From Rickettsia typhi (GTDB lineage Bacteria > Pseudomonadota > Alphaproteobacteria > Rickettsiales > UBA1997): a DNA stretch of 64,000 nt. Within the stretch, counting starts at the first letter, position 1, and each line of letters opens with the position of its first letter. Below the pieces are notes generated by a model. The model did no database searches and was not told the DNA's origin. It saw only the letters and a program-made list of their open reading frames with translations. Positions 62,094 to 64,000 of the stretch are shown here, one piece after another. Where the stretch lies: assembly GCA_945865905.1 (NCBI GenBank), contig CAMBFC010000004.1:20553-84552 (forward strand), in the 5' to 3' direction. The position numbers and the translations under genes were made by a program.

Positions 62094-63917
62094 ATGCTGC
62101 GCGATATCCGCAAAAATAAAATTTTTAATCGGCGCACCTTTTTGGTCAACGGAGCGCAATCGGTTCTAACTGCTGCCTTGGTTACGCGTTTGAGTTATTT
62201 GCAATTATGGAAGCATGGTGAATATTCGGTGCAATCAGATAGCAACAGCATTAAACCTATAATAAATCCAGCGCCGCGGGGCATAATTTATGATCGCAAA
62301 GGTGTTGCGATGGCAATGAACGAAAGCAATTATCGCCTATTACTTTATCTTGAAAATAAAAAAAACACTGATGGTTTGGTAGAAAAATTAGCCGAAATTC
62401 TCAATCTTGATGCTGATGCGCAAAAAATTTTTCATACAAAAATAAAAAATGCACGACGCAAAACAATTATTTCTTTGATTGATGGTTTATCTTGGGATGA
62501 TTTGGCGCGGGTTGAAACTAATATTTATCGTCTTCCCGGAATATCAATTGAAAGTGGTATTCATCGGCACTATCCGTTTCCTTACGAGACCGCACATTTC
62601 TTGGGCTATGTTTCGCTTCCTTCTGAAAAAGAAATTAATACCAACGAGTCAAATTTGTTCATGCATCCCGATTTTCGACTAGGAAAAGCAGGCATCGAGA
62701 GAACATTCGATGAGGCTTTGCGCGGAAAATACGGCGTCAAATATGTTGAGGTTAACGCTTTTGAAACACCGCTGCGCACCTTATCAGTAAAGGCTGCAGA
62801 AGAAGGAGCGCAGCTGCATTTAACCATCGATATGGTGCTGCAAAAATTTACCACCGAGCGCATCAAAAATGATGTGGCGTCAGTGGTGGTGATGGATGTT
62901 AAAACTGGTGAAATTTTAACTTATGTTTCTAGTCCCTCTTTTGATCCAAATAATTTTGTTGAGGGCATTCAATATCAATTGTGGAAAGAACTTAACGAAG
63001 ATATTCGCAAGCCGCTCAACAACAAGCCAATCGCAGCACTTTATCCACCAGGTTCAACTTTTAAATTGATGGTGGCTTTGGCGGCGCTAGAAAATGGCGT
63101 TAATCCAAGTAATCGTGTTTTTTGCAACGGCTCTTATCAATCTGGAAGAAGGGCTTTTCATTGCTGGAAAGAAGGTGGGCATGGTTCGGTAGACATGATG
63201 GATGGCATTATGCAATCTTGCAATGTGATGTTTTTTACTTTGGCAAATCAAATTGGCATTGAAAAAGTTTCTGAAATGGCAAAAAGATTTGGCTATGGTG
63301 AAAAATTTGATATCAGTCTTTATGGTGCCAAAGCAGGCAATGTTGCCTCTCCAGAGTGGAAAGAAAAAGTTTATCATCAACCTTGGGTTGGCGGAGACAC
63401 TCTAAACACAGCGATTGGGCAAGGTTTTATGTTGGCAACGCCTTTGCAAATGGCATTAGTAACGGCGCGCTTAGCCAACGGTGGCGTGCCTATCAAGCCT
63501 TATTTGGTGCGCAATCACAACACGCATGAACAGTTTGATAATTTAAAAGAAGAGTCTCTCGTCAAAGATCCTAAGCATGTAAAATTTGTGCTTGAAGGCA
63601 TGAACCGCGTGGTTAATGATCCGCGAGGCACTTCTTATTTTAGAAGAATTATTGAAAAAGGCTATGAAATGGCAGGAAAAACAGGGACTTCGCAAGTGGT
63701 TTCTAAGCGCGAAAAAGAAATGACCAAAGCAGAAAGTGCGTTAAATGTTAATCAAAATCACGCAATTTTTGTTGGATTCGCACCGGTTGATAATCCAAAA
63801 TATGCAATTTCTGTGGTGGTTGAACATGGCAAGAGCGGCTCTGGTGCTGCGGCTCCAATTGGGCATGATGTTTTGCTTGAAGCGCAAATGTTAAACAAAA
63901 AGCCAAGCTTTTCATAA
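62094..63917 (+). CDS. mrdA: penicillin-binding protein 2 (elongasome transpeptidase)
   Basis: 607 aa with an N-terminal anchor, a PBP dimerisation domain, and the STFK, SCN and KTGT motifs. Confidence 0.92.
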   Translation: MLRDIRKNKIFNRRTFLVNGAQSVLTAALVTRLSYLQLWKHGEYSVQSDSNSIKPIINPAPRGIIYDRKGVAMAMNESNYRLLLYLENKKNTDGLVEKLAEILNLDADAQKIFHTKIKNARRKTIISLIDGLSWDDLARVETNIYRLPGISIESGIHRHYPFPYETAHFLGYVSLPSEKEINTNESNLFMHPDFRLGKAGIERTFDEALRGKYGVKYVEVNAFETPLRTLSVKAAEEGAQLHLTIDMVLQKFTTERIKNDVASVVVMDVKTGEILTYVSSPSFDPNNFVEGIQYQLWKELNEDIRKPLNNKPIAALYPPGSTFKLMVALAALENGVNPSNRVFCNGSYQSGRRAFHCWKEGGHGSVDMMDGIMQSCNVMFFTLANQIGIEKVSEMAKRFGYGEKFDISLYGAKAGNVASPEWKEKVYHQPWVGGDTLNTAIGQGFMLATPLQMALVTARLANGGVPIKPYLVRNHNTHEQFDNLKEESLVKDPKHVKFVLEGMNRVVNDPRGTSYFRRIIEKGYEMAGKTGTSQVVSKREKEMTKAESALNVNQNHAIFVGFAPVDNPKYAISVVVEHGKSGSGAAAPIGHDVLLEAQMLNKKPSFS

Positions 63918-64000
63918 TTTTTTCTTGTAATTTAACTTGCAGCATGTAGGATCGGCGCCCTAGAAAAACTTCACAAAAAACTTAAAAAATATTTGTAAAA

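Overview
64-kb chromosomal segment of an AT-rich alphaproteobacterium. The gene content suggests an intracellular Rickettsiales/Holosporales-like lineage, but this is inference only. The relevant genes are a hemE-linked origin-like gap, an orphan rvh-type virB8/virB9 pair, a retropepsin-type protease, DUF2628/DUF3576, BolA/Grx4 and EamA, with very tight gene packing. I call 59 protein genes, 1 tRNA(CAT), 2 intrinsic terminators, 2 parS-like sites, 1 near-consensus promoter and a candidate oriC. Most genes are housekeeping: purH, parB/parA, dapB, gyrA, gatB, leuC, glyA, rlmI, leuS, tatD-nadD-ubiA, pccA, ccmB, manC, thiD, pyrC, hemE, clpXP, grpE, rpmI-rplT, hisH-hisC, truB-rpsO-pnp, grxD, pyrB and mreD-mrdA. 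Five things stand out. (1) A modular superfamily of long intergenic hairpin elements (7 full copies plus fragments). Each has a conserved outer clamp, one of three conserved cores, and copy-specific stem segments that are mirrored perfectly in the opposite arm. Every locus lies 4-31 bp after a stop codon. (2) A candidate replication origin between hemE and bolA, packed with TTATNAACA 9-mers, plus two identical parS-like 16-mers in front of an unusually ordered parB->parA pair. (3) An accessory, compositionally patchy gene set threaded through the pyrC...manC housekeeping array. It comprises a 2-TM protein, an RHH protein, a Schlafen/AlbA_2-HATPase_c_4 protein, a SIR2-like protein and a DinD homolog, with a perfect 4 x 11-bp tandem repeat beside them. 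(4) A 708-aa GC-rich disordered orphan with a basic C-terminus. (5) A PNPase with an approximately 115-aa Arg/Gly/Asp repeat tail. I saw no CRISPR array, rRNA, transposase or integrase gene. All calls come from reading the sequence and the ORF track; no database search was possible.
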